A stretch of DNA of 64,000 nucleotides from Torpedo marmorata (Eukaryota): assembly GCA_977017645.1 (NCBI GenBank), contig OZ360232.1:54436001-54500000 (forward strand), written 5' to 3'. How positions within the stretch are numbered: the first letter of the stretch is position 1; each line of letters begins with the position of its first letter. Positions 13,385 to 25,102 of the stretch are shown piece after piece. The notes beneath the pieces are model-generated. The model searched no databases. It worked only from the letters and a program-made list of their open reading frames with translations, and was not told the origin of the DNA. A program made the position numbers and the translations under genes.

Positions 13385-14040
13385 CAGTTCAGTGGTTAAA
13401 GGAGAGAAATAGGCAGACAGTTATTGGCCAGTTAGTCTAATATTGGTAATTGAAAATATTTGAACCCATTATTAAAGAAGTAATAGCAGGACATTTAGAA
13501 AGTCTGAAGATAATCAAGCATAATCAATACGATTTTATGAAAGGGCAACCCTGTTTGAAAAATATGCCAGAGCTCTGAGGATGTAACAGAAATGATAAAG
13601 GAGATCCCGTAGATGTGGTGCTTTTGGATTTCAATGGACATTCAATGAGATGCCACATAAAAGTAGATGTGCATATGCTTGGGTTTAAAACAAAGCAAAA
13701 AGGATTAAGAAGTAATTTTTGACCTGGCGATCACTAACTTGTGGGGTGGAACAGAGATCAGTGCTGGAGCCTGACTTTAGGCTTTATTACTGACTTAGTA
13801 CAATGCGGTAAAATATACTGATGATACAAAGATAGATGGTTAGCAAATTGTGAGAAGGAAGAAGAGGTGGCACACATGATATAGATTGTTTAAGTGAGAG
13901 ATCAAGTTCGCCAATGAAATACGATGAGAAATGAGAGGTTATACACTTTTGAATAATGAAAAAGCAAATTATTATTTAAATGGCGTGAACTACAAAATTC
14001 TGTGGTAAAAAAAAGAGTTTGGTGGTCCAAGTGTATTAAA
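13385..14040 (+). mobile_element. Old CR1 RT remnant
   Basis: ccagttagtctaat..., gtagatgtggtg...ggattt, ctgatgatacaaagatag (DDTK motif); decayed. Confidence 0.65.
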
Positions 14041-14051
14041 CAAAAAATTTA

Positions 14052-14246
14052 CAGTGAAACCCCGATTTTACGCGAATTCGGATATAACGCAATGAGTCAT
14101 TGGACTCAGGCGTCGGGCAGGAGCGGCGGCTCAATGCGGGATCAATGGCCATCTTCATTACCCATAATCCCCCCACGCAGCTGGAACCGCTCTGTGTTTC
14201 CATGGCGCTGGCAGAGCGGTTCCAGCTGCGTGGGGGATTATGGGTA
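14052..14246. mobile_element. Tigger/pogo-like left end followed by a long GC-rich hairpin
   Basis: ta|CAGTGAAACCCCGATT terminus; inverted repeat 14159-14194 / 14212-14246. Confidence 0.5.
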
Positions 14247-15355
14247 CACTATAGATGCTGCATGACCTACTGAGTTTCTCCAGCACTTCTGTATATTGCA
14301 TTGTAGTATTTCTGTGGTCTTTTTTTATTTTATAAATGGTAACTTTTGGATTTGAATTGAAGAAATTTCCTTGTCAGGGCCTAAAATCAATTCATGTATG
14401 ATCAAAATGCCAAAAAAATTACCTTATCCAATGGAAATAATTTCATTGCAGTATTTTTTTTTTTTTTTTAAAGTTACTGATTAGGAAGCATGAATGCTGT
14501 AATTATAGGCAAAATTAACATATGCCATGAAAATGATAACTGCAACGTTAAGCCACCAGTTTTGGTTCCTGTGAAGTAGTTAATTTGTTCTCTTCATACC
14601 TGCAACTTGCTTTCATAACTCATCTTCAGGGTCAAATCAATCCCATCATGGAATTATTCCCTATACAACTCCTTCTCACCACCTCTTTAAATTCCTCAAA
14701 GCTGTGCAATGATTTGGTAGGGTAATTTCACTTCTAGCCAAATTAAAAATGGATCCAGAAAGATAAAAGTCACTAATAAATTAAATATGGAATTCAGAAA
14801 AAAAACTTCAGGGCCAATAAAGTGGTTAGATTTTGGAACACAGGATAATTGAGGCTAATAGTACAAATGAATTCAAGGGAATCAAGCGTTGGGTAGAGTA
14901 GAAATTTTTTCGACAACAAAATACCAATATGGATGTGTTAGCTTACTTCTGTGCTCTTAACATCCAGCAAAATATATATGGGCACCAAGTTTAATTTTAT
15001 TCCATTTAAAAATGAGTGGCCAAACAAAGCAGAAAAGTGTGGAATCAAAGAAAATCAATGTGGAGACCAACCTTTGCTCATGGGAAGAGTAAACGAATAA
15101 AAATACTGAAACGAGTTTTAAAGACAAGCTTCAAAGATATGAATTTTCTTTAGAGATTTGCACGCTTTTAAGAATTCCAGCCATCAACATGAAATATCAA
15201 CATTAGAATAATCAAACAAAGCAAAATAACATCACTGATCAAGTTAACTATCACTGAAATTATGCAGGATTCTTCCAGCTTGAACATTACCACAAAGAGC
15301 CACACAGGTTTTTTTGTCCTTTGTCTTCATCGATTCTAGTGAAAGATCCAGTTAC

Positions 15356-15505
15356 CTTATTGTGATCATTCGTTCTCCATTTTTGTCTTTTTGCTTGTCA
15401 ACATCAATGTGTGCACCAGTAACATCTTGGATAGCAGTTATATTGCATCCCCCTCTTCCCATTATTCTTGATACAACCGACGCTGGTACAGATAATTTCT
15501 TTGAC
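15356..15505 (-). CDS. ANKHD1: ANKHD1 KH-domain exon, 150 nt (SKKLSVPASVVSRIMGRGGCNITAIQDVTGAHIDVDKQKDKNGERMITI)
   Basis: KH GxxG loop (GRGG); acceptor cag|GTCAAA, donor AAG|gtaact. Confidence 0.95.
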
Positions 15506-15743
15506 CTGGTTAAAGCAACTCTATATAAAAATCATAAAATTCTCAATATATATCATTCAATTTTGCATTTTCACATACAAACCCCACCCCCTCCCCCATA
15601 AAGCAACTTATGCTAGGATATGGAAACAAAGACACTTGCAGTCTTTGGTAAAATATCAATAGCAAACATTCCTCACATATACACTTATAACATGAATTCT
15701 AGATTACTCAAAGACACATCTAAGTTTTGTCTCACCATACATA

Positions 15744-16180
15744 CCGTATATTTCGGCGTATAAGTCGAGTCTTGAAACCCTCAAAAAGCACTCAAAAATC
15801 AGGGTTCGACTCATACGCCAGATACAAAAATGAGACCTTAAATTCAACTCAAAAAACCGCTCGACGTAGATTCGGCGTATAAGGCGACCCTGACACACCA
15901 AAAAAAGAACCCAACCTACAACAAATTTTCTTGCAGCAACACAGTTGCTAGATTTCTTGGCCACTTCTATTACTTTTAACTTAAAACTCGCTTCATACTT
16001 TCGTCGTTTTGCTGGAGGCTCCGTGATAACAACCACCTTCCGGCAACGCCCAACAGCTCAGTCAACGTGATTTTTGGGGGGGTCGACTTATATGCCCGAT
16101 ATAGAATAAAACCATGAAAATGAGGCTGAAAATGGGGACCCGACTTATCTGAAGGTCGACTTATACGCCGAAATATACGG
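15744..16180 (-). mobile_element. Tc1/mariner-pogo (Tc2-like) internally deleted element with Brinker-type DNA-binding-domain remnant
   Basis: 25-bp perfect TIR CCGTATATTTCGGCGTATAAGTCGA, TA TSD; ORF 15704-16036 contains KRRKYEASFKLKVIEVAKKSSNCVAARKF. Confidence 0.85.
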
Positions 16181-16754
16181 TATATGTTTTCTATTAGATG
16201 TTAATAAGAATCAATACTGGTTGATAACCTCTAGTCAAGGAATCGGAGACAAATTTGAAGCATCTTCAATGATGCCACCGGTTGATTTATAGGTTAAGGA
16301 GCGAATCCGAAGCATCCTGACATGTATGCTAAATATTATGCAATTATTTAAGTTAGAGTACCTCAAAGCAACTGAAGGCAAAACAAACTTCCATTAAAAC
16401 CATGAGTGCTTCTAGATAATGCATTTTAAAATTTCAGTTCAAAACAGTGGCCTAATTACATATCTCATGACATGGCATGGACACAATTTGCAGCAGACAA
16501 TTATTGTATAAGCCAACATTCATTCATCCATAAGGGAAGCATTTCTGCAGAAAATGATCATAACCTGGTTAAATTAAGTTTTATTTGTGAATTTCAATCA
16601 TATTTGTTTATAAAATTTAACTGAAAATAGTGATTTTCAAACATACTAGTTGTTACAATAGGTTAGGTTGAATCACCTTGTAGGAAGATCATCTCTACAT
16701 TCTGATTATTTGAACTGTTCTCAATGTACCAGGTATAATGCAACAGATAAACAA

Positions 16755-18660
16755 ATTTGAATGACAATGACTGTCATACACATGGTACAATGTACATTCG
16801 CACCGAAATTCTTACTTGCTGCAGCTGAACAGTATTTGTGAACAAAAACTATTATCATCTGATTTTACAAGTACAACCCGATGAAACAGCATTCTTCAGT
16901 GCAAAAACATGCAAACACACATCCTGACATAACACATACAGGCAAACAATACATATGCAGTACGTATATACTGTACATATACAAAAATAAATCAATATTG
17001 TTAATAAATAGTCGAGTCTCGGAGGATTTGTACGAGCAGTTCATTCAGTCATTCAGCAGTCTCACTGCCTGTGGTAAGAAGCTGTTTCTGAGCCTGGTTG
17101 TTCCGGCTCTGATACTCCTGTATGTCTTTCCCAACGGGATAGATGAAAGAGCAATGCTGTGTGTAGGGTGGAAGGGGTCCTCAACGATTTTGCAAGCCCT
17201 CTTCAGACAATAATCCCAGTAGATCATATCAATGGGGGGGGGGGGGGAAGAAAGAAGAGAGATCCCACTGATGCTTTCTGCCTCTCTTATGGTCCTGTGG
17301 ATTGACCTCCGATCCAATGATCTATAGCAACTGCACCACACTGTAATGCAGCTGGCCAGGATGCTCTCAATAGAGCTCCTGTAGAAAATTGACAGGATGG
17401 TGTCCGATAGCCTTGCCCGCCTCAGTCTTCTCGGGAAATTTAGTTGCTGTTGCGCCTTCCTGACAAGCGAGGAGATGTTGTGCGTCCAGGATCGGTCACT
17501 TCTTAAGTGGACTCCGAGAAATTTGGTACTCGCTACTCTCTCAACTATCAATGTGTAGTGGAGGGTGGTCGTCCCTGGTCCTCCTGAAGTCCACAATTAT
17601 ATCCTTTGTCTTGTCCACGTTGAGACTCAGGTTGTTATTCTCGCACCATATCACAAGATTTTCCACCTCTTCTCTGTAGTGTGACTCATCGTTGTTGGTG
17701 ATGAGCCCAACTACTGTAGTGACATCTACAAACTTGATGATTCTGTTGCAGCTGGATGCAGTCGTGGGTCAGTAGCGTGAACAGGAGTGGGCTGAGCACA
17801 CAGCCCCAAGGTGCGCCAGTATTCAGCGTGACAGTGCTCAACATTCTGCTGCCGAGCCAGACAGACTATGGTCTTTCTATTAGGAAGTCCAGAATCCTGT
17901 GACAGAGAGGGGTGTTGAGTCCCAGCAAGGACAGCTTCTCCACCAGCCTTTGGGGAATGATCATGTTAAACACCGAGCTGAAGTCGATGAGCAGCAGCCT
18001 GGCATATGAGGCGTCGTTCTCTCGCTGGGTCAGGACGGAGTGGAGGGACAACGCGATAGCATCATCAGTGGAATGGTTCCATCTGTAGGCGAAATGAAAT
18101 GGGTACTGTGTCTCTGCGAGGTGCACTTTGATGCCTTCCATCACCAGACACTCGAAGCATTTCATAATGGTGGAGGTCAGTGCCACGGGGCGGTAGTCAT
18201 TGAGACCTGTTACCGTCGCCTTCTTTGGTATCAGGGTGATGGTGGCTGTTTTGAAACCCGCGTGGACGACGGACTACTGCATTGACGTGTTGAGGATGTC
18301 CGTAAAGACCTCTGTCAATTGGTCTGCACAGTCCTTAGGTATCCGACCAGCTATATTGTCTGGTCCCGCTGCCTTGTGTGGGTTCACCTTGGATAGGATT
18401 CTCCTCACCTCAGCCGCAGCTATGCAGGGTGCCCGTTCATCAGGGGGACACGGAGCTTTCTTCGGCATCAGCCTGTTCTTCTCGTCGAACCGGAAGGGAA
18501 GAGCCTTCGTCTGACTCTCAAGGTTGTCTTATGGTCTGTTAGTTTTGATCCCTTGCCACATGTGCCTTGTGTTGCTGGTGTTGCACAGCTGTCTATGGAT
18601 CTTCTGTGTGTACCCACAGTTTGCCTTCTGCATTGCATGGGAGAGTTCAGCCCTGGCTGA
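16755..18660 (-). mobile_element. Rex1/Babar-type LINE, 5'-truncated, disrupted RT
   Basis: ORFs KAAGPDNI, ALTSTIMKCFE, LLIDFSSVFN, KFLGVH, AQQQLNFPRRL, RLRNSFLPQAVRLLN; 3'UTR toward 16755. Confidence 0.85.
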
Positions 18661-18689
18661 TCTTAGTGCCATCTTGTCTCCTGATAGAT

Positions 18690-21135
18690 GTTGAAAAGAA
18701 ACTAGTTTTGAACTTGGAGGAGCTGGTCTTCAGGCTTCTGTACCTTCTGCCCAAAGGTAGCAGTGAGAAAAGGTTGTGACCAAGATGATGGGGGTCCTTT
18801 ATGATGTTGGCTGCCTTCTTGAGGCAGTGCCTCTCATAGATGTCTTCAATAGATGGGAGGTCAGAGCCTGAAGTGGATGTGGCTACGTTTGCTACCTTCT
18901 GCATTCCTGGCATTTAAATGTAACAAACCAAGGTGTGATGCAACCAGTCAGTGTACTTTCCATAGTCAGAAATCAGGATCAGAACTTATTGTCATGAACA
19001 AGTCATGAAATTCGTTGTTTTGCGGCAGCATCATATAAACCATCTTACAAAAAATAAATAAAAATAGTGCACAAAAAGTCAAAGTTAGGCAGTGTCTTTG
19101 GTTCATTGACCATTCAGGAATCTGATGGAATGGGGAATAAGCTGTCATTGTGCCGCTGAGTGGTCGTCTTTAAGCTCCTGGAACTTTTTCCCAACGGTAG
19201 CAGAGTGAAGAGGGCATGGCCTGAGTGGTAGGGGTCCTTGAGGATAGACGCTGCTTTCTTAAGACACCGCCTCTTGCTGATGTCCTCGATGGAGTGCCCT
19301 TGATATCGCAGGCTGAGTTAACAACCCTCTGGGGCTTTTTCTTGTCCTGAGCGTTGGCACCTCCGAACCAGACAATGATGCAACCAAACAAATACACCTG
19401 TAGAAGTTTTCGAGAATCTTCAGTGACATACCGAATCTCTTCAAACACCTCACAAAGTATAGCCGCTAGCAAGCCTTCTTTGTGATTGCATCGACATGGA
19501 GGCTCCAGAACAGATCCTCGGAGATGTTGACACCCAGGAATTTGAAGTTCTTGACCCTCTCCACTACTGAGCCCTCAATGAGGACTGGATCGTGTTCTCC
19601 TGACTTCCTCCTGATGTCCACAATCATCTCCTCGGTTTGGTTGACATTGAGTGCAAGGTTGTTGGGGTGGCACCACTCAACGAGCTGATCTATCTCCCTC
19701 CTGTTTGCTTCCTCATTATCGTTTGTGATTCTGCTGACAACCGTGGTGTCATCAGCAAATTTGTAGATAGCATTGGAATTGTGCCTGGCCATACAGTCAT
19801 GGGTGTATACTGAGTAGAGCAGTGGGCTAAGCACGCATCCTTGAGGTGCGCCTGTGTTGATAGTCAGTGAGGAGGAGACATTGTTTCCAATTCGTACTGA
19901 CTGTAGTCTTCCGATGAGGAAGTCAAGGATCCAGTTGCAGAGGCCCAGGGTTTGGAGCTTCTTGACCAATACTGAGGGAATAATGGTGTTGAAGGCTGAG
20001 CTGTAGTCAGCCGTATGTATGAGTTGCTGTTTTTGAGGTGATCCATTGCTAAGTGGAGAGCCAGTGATATTGCATCTGCTGTGGAGCGATTGTGACAATA
20101 GGCGAATTGCAGTGGGTCCAGTCCTTTGCTTAGGTACGTGTTAACTCTGGCCATGTCCAACCTCTCAAATTATTTCATCACAGCAGATGGAATGAAGTAG
20201 ATCTGCTCTTTTTGGGCACCGGGATGATTGATGCCCTTTTGAAGCAGGTGGGAACCTCTGACTGCAGCAACGAGGGGTTGAAAATAGTCTTGTAGAAGTT
20301 TGTAGAGTATCCGACGACATGCCAAATCTCCTTAGACTCCTGAGAAAGTTGCCTTTTTCACGGTTTCCTCGATGTGCTGGCTCCAGGAAAGGTCTTCTGA
20401 AATATGGACTCCTTCCCATTAATGCAGTCAGGTACATGGTCCCTCAGCCTCTTCTTCCTAAAAAGAGCATTAAGCTCCTTGGTTTTGGTAATATTGAGTG
20501 TAAGATTATAGTTCTGGCCCCACCCAGGTTCTGTATCTCCATCCTGTACTGACGTCATTTCCAATTATTCGGCCACAACAGTGGTGTTGTCAGCGAACTT
20601 GTAGATTGAGTTGGAACTTAAATTGGCTACGTAGTTATGCATATACAAGGAATAGAACAGGGGAGTTTGCAGCCTTGGCATGCCCGTACTGATGGTCAGT
20701 TAGGAAGAGGTGATGTTGCTGATCTGCACTGATTGGGGTCTGCCAATGACGAAGTCGAGGATCCAGTTGCAGAAGGATGGACAGAGTCCCAGGTCCATTA
20801 GATTGGTCATGAGTTTTGCTGTTGTTGAATGCCAAGCTGTGGTCAATGAACAACAGCCTGACACAGGTGATCTCATGCAGAGTGCAGAGCCAGCAAGATG
20901 ACATCTACCAATGACCTGTTGTAGTAATAGGTGAACTGAAGTGGATCCAGGTCCTTCCAAAGATAGGAGTTGATTCAGTCCATAACCAACCTTTCAGCAC
21001 TTCAGCATGGTAGACATCAGACATCACTGGCCGATAGTTTTTGAGGCGCATAACTTTGCTCTTCTTGGGTACCAGAATGATGGATGTCCTTTTGAATCAG
21101 GTGTGGACCTCAGACTTCTGTAGCAAGAGGGTGAC
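18690..21135 (-). mobile_element. Older Rex1/Babar LINE fragment split by a younger Rex1 insertion (host parts 18690-18965 and about 20292-21135)
   Basis: ORF 18647-18913 (IIKDPHHLGHNLFSLLPLGRRY) continues in the 20300-20960 ORFs ([16 protein letters not shown]). Confidence 0.75.
18966..20291 (-). mobile_element. Rex1/Babar LINE, (TCTGA)n-tailed family, nested
   Basis: ORF 19466-20098 ([14 protein letters not shown]...KFADDTT); 3'UTR and tail shared with 53700-54011 and 61719-62475. Confidence 0.85.
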
Positions 21136-21232
21136 TAGTACAACCACTTTGACAAACCAAGATTTATGATTGTGTCTTTCAAAACAATAGCTTCATGCTA
21201 TCATTCTCCATGACCAGAATCTGTGCAATATT

Positions 21233-21409
21233 AACCGACGTTTCGGGCTTGAGCCCTTCATCAAGGTACCATGATGAAGGGCGCAAGCCCGAAACGTCAG
21301 TTATGTATTTTTATCTTTACTATATAAAGGACACTGTTTGACCGGCTGAGTTTCTCCAGCGTTGTATTTTTACTTCAGCCACGGTATCTGCAGACTTTCG
21401 TGTTTTACT
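21233..21409 (+). mobile_element. Penelope-like non-autonomous element with inverted 5' end and two hammerhead-like cores
   Basis: 13-bp TSD tctgtgcaatatt (21220-21232) / tctgcgcaatatt (21410-21422); palindrome 21233-21302; TGATGA...GAAACGTC motif on both strands. Confidence 0.78.
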
Positions 21410-21844
21410 TCTGCGCAATATTCCTATTTAATTAATCTACAGGGAGGAAAATTTTGGACAGCACTACAATTATGAAGTATTGTTGGCACTGCAAAGGGCA
21501 TCCAATACACATTCAAATAATTGGACTGTGGAATCCAGAGACACTTTTCTGCCAATGCAAGATGATTCAACTACCGTGATAACTTAAACACTTGAAAAAT
21601 CACAAAAGACCTTTTTTTTTTTTTTTTTAAATAGGGATGAAACAACTCACATGCATAAAATTAAGGCCAATTACGAAGCAGCAATAACCATGGCAGAGAA
21701 TATTTGAAACATTAAAGGCAGACTTCTGAAAAGATGCATAAAATTCATAATTGCAAATTCATCATTCTCGCTCATCTTTCAGATAGTTTAACAAGAATAA
21801 TGCCCTGGCATTCGTCATCATTTAAAAATTTACTGGAAAGCACA

Positions 21845-22290
21845 TTAATGTACAAAACAGATTCACAAGGATGTTCCCAGGACTGGTGAGCTTGAATTAA
21901 AAGGGGAGGCTTGAAACTTTCTCCTTGGAGTACAGAAGGGACATTATGGAGGCTTATTAAATCATGAGTGGCATGGATAAGGTAAATAATAGTCATGGTC
22001 TTTTTCCCAGAGTGGGGTAGTCTAAAACTGCAGGGGATATTTAAGTTGAGAGGAGAAAGATTTAAAGGGGTCCAATGGGCACACTTTGAACACAAATGAT
22101 GGTTGGGATATGGAATGAACTGCCAGAGCAAGTGGTAGGGGCAGGATAATTGTAACATTCAAAAAACATTTAGACAGGTACATGGATAGACAAGGTTCTG
22201 AGGGTATGTGCTAAATGCAGGCAAATGGGACTAGCTTGGGTTGGACAGTTAGGTCAGTGTGGCCAATTGGGCAGAAGAGTACGTTTCCAT
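21845..22290 (+). mobile_element. CR1 3' end fragment
   Basis: CR1 C-terminal/3'UTR wording (tggaatgaactgccagag...tttagacaggtacatggatag) and attctatga tail. Confidence 0.8.
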
Positions 22291-22655
22291 GCTGTAAAAT
22301 TCTATGACTTGATGAGAAGATCCCGAAAAAATTCATGAATCTTTCAAAAGTAATTTCTTGATTTATGAATTTTCTTTATAACATGTATTCTTTGAAGAAT
22401 GTCTTTGATTTAAGATGAAATTTTTGTTGTCATTAAGAGCATAGCACTCGCTATAAATCATACTAAAATACCAGTAACGCATTTCACGCCTTTTTTAATT
22501 TACAAAATTTATCTTAAAATATTTCCCACAAATACTTATCTTTTGTAAATCAAGGAATAGTTGTATACAAGTTACATTATGGTCAAGTAAACTAAATCAA
22601 AATAATAGAACCATAGAACATTACAGCACAGAAAACAGACACTTTGGCCCTTCTA

Positions 22656-22790
22656 GTCTGCGCCGAACTATTATTCCGGCTGGTCTGCGCCGAACTATTA
22701 CTCCGGCTGGTCTGCGCCGAACTATTACTCCGGCTGGTCTGCGCCGAACTATTATTCTGGCTGGTCTGTGCTGAACTATTATTCTGGCTA
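22656..22790. repeat. Minisatellite, 5 x 27 bp (GTCTGCGCCGAACTATTAYTCYGGCTG) in CR1 3'UTR
   Basis: Five head-to-tail units with no spacers. Confidence 0.95.
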
Positions 22791-24849
22791 GTCCCACTGA
22801 CCTGTACCCAGTCAATATCCTTCCATACCTCTCCCATCTATGTACCTGTCCAAATTTTTCTTAAATGTTAAAATTGAGCCTGCATTCGCCACTTCAGCTG
22901 GCAGCTCATTCCATACTCCCACCACTCTCTGTGTGAAGAAATTCCCCCCTAAACTTCTCCCTTTTAACCTTAACCCACATCCTCTGGTTTGTATCTCACC
23001 TAACCTCGGTGGATAAAGCCTTCTTGCATTTACTCTATACCCATTATAATTTTGTATACCTCTATCAAATCTCCCCTCATTCTTCTATGCTCCAGATAAT
23101 AAAATCCTAACCTGTTTAACCTTTCCCTGTAACTTAGTTCTTCAAGTCCCAGCAACATCCCAGTAAATCTTCTCTGCACTCTTTCAATTTTATTGATATC
23201 TTTCCTGTAGTTAGGTGACCAAAACAGCACAAAATACTCCAAATTTGGCCTCACCAATGTCTTATACAACTTTACTATAACATCCCAATTCTTAAACTCA
23301 AATCTTTGATTTATGAAGGCCAATGTGACAAAAGCTCACTTTACAACCCTATCAACCTGTGACACCACTTTCAGGGAATTATGTATCTGTATTCCAAGAT
23401 CTCTCTGTTCCACTGCACTCCTCAGTGCCCTACCATTCCATCTGCCAATTTCCTGCTCATTTTTCCAGCAGGTCCAGATCCCGCTGGCAGCTTTGAAAGC
23501 CTTCCTCACTGTCCACTACACCTCCAATTTTTGTGTCATCTGCAAACTTGCTGATCCAATTTACCACATTGTCATTTATATCAATGAGCTAGACGATAAA
23601 TAACAATGGATCCAGAACCAATCCTTGAGGCACTCCAGCGAGACACAAGCCTCCAGTCAGAGGCAATCATCCACTACCACTCTCTGGCTTCTCCCAGAAA
23701 GCCAATGTCGAATCCAGTTTTCTACCTCATCATGAATACTGACCGAGTGACTGAACCTTCTTGACTAACCGCCCACGTGGGACATTGTCAAAGGCCTTAC
23801 TAAAGTCCATGTAGACAATATCCACAGCCTTTCCTTCATCAATTTTCCTGGTAACATCTTTAAAAAAACTCAGATTTGTTAAACACAACCTACCACACAC
23901 AAAGCCACATTGACGATCCCTAATCAGTCCCTGACTATCCAAATAGTTGCATATCTGATCTCTTGGAACACCTTCCAATAACTTACCTACCACTAATGTC
24001 AGGCTCACTGGCCCATAATTTCCTGGGTTATTTTTGGAGCCTTTTTTAAACAGTGGAACAATATGAGCTACCCTCCAATCATCCTGCACCTCACCTGTGG
24101 CTAACAACATTTTAAATATATCTGCCAGGGCCCCTGCAATTTCTGCGCTAGCCTCCCTCAAGGTCCAAGGGAGCACTTTGTTAGGCACTGGGGATATATC
24201 CACCTTTATCTGCTTTCAGAAAGCAAACAACTCCTCATCTTTAATCTGTTTTAGTTCCATGACTCCACTGCTTGTTTGCCCCACTTCCCTAGAATCTGTG
24301 CCAGTTTCCTGAGTAAATACAGATGCAAAAAACCCATTTAAGATCCCCCTCTTCCAGCTCCATACATAGCCGACCACTCTAATCTTCAAAAGAACCAATT
24401 TTGTTCCTATTATCCTTTTGCTCTTAATATACATGCAGAAGCCCTTAAGATTTTCCTTCACCTTTTCTGCCAAAGCCACCTCGCATCTTCTTTTAGCCCT
24501 CAAGTTTTTTCCTGTAATTTTTGTACTCCACACCTCATTTGCTCTTTGTTGCAAATACCTGCTGTACATCTCTCTCTTCTTCTTAACCAGATCCCCAATA
24601 TCCCTCAAACCAAGGTTCCTTATGCCTGTTAACTTTACCTTTAATCCTTACAGGAACATACAACCTCTGCACTTCACCTTTAAAGGCCTTCCACTTACCG
24701 AGAACATCCTTGCCAGAAAACAACCTGTCCCAATCCACGCTTTCTAGATCCTCTCTCATTTTCTCAAAATTGGCTTTTCTCCAATGTAGAATCTCAACCC
24801 CAGGACCAGACTTATCCTTTTCCATAATTATCTTGAAACTAATAGCATT

Positions 24850-25102
24850 CAAGATTCAAGATTCAATTTATTGTCATAGTAATAAGACAGTGTCATATTC
24901 CATGAAATTTCTTTTTGCCTGCTGCAAGGCAGACAGATTCGCCACTGGCAGAAATTGCCTAAGCGCCTCTAACATTCCTTACAGTCAGAGAAAGAGAAGC
25001 AAAAGAGAGTCCCCCCAGAGTCACCAAGTGTCCATAGATTCGCCTCCAGCGCTTCCGCAGCCACACAGAGTCCAGTCCAAACCATCGGCATCCCGAGCTC
25101 CA
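24850..25102 (-). mobile_element. 5'-truncated copy of the 7830-8662 element inserted in CR1
   Basis: Near-identical to the reverse complement of about 8400-8660; interrupts the CR1 sequence gcatt|...|gatcactggacc. Confidence 0.85.

Noticed and set aside
22656-22790. CRISPR-like array of 27-bp repeats
   Set aside because: Units are contiguous with no unique spacers, lie in a CR1 3'UTR, and the DNA is eukaryotic with no cas genes
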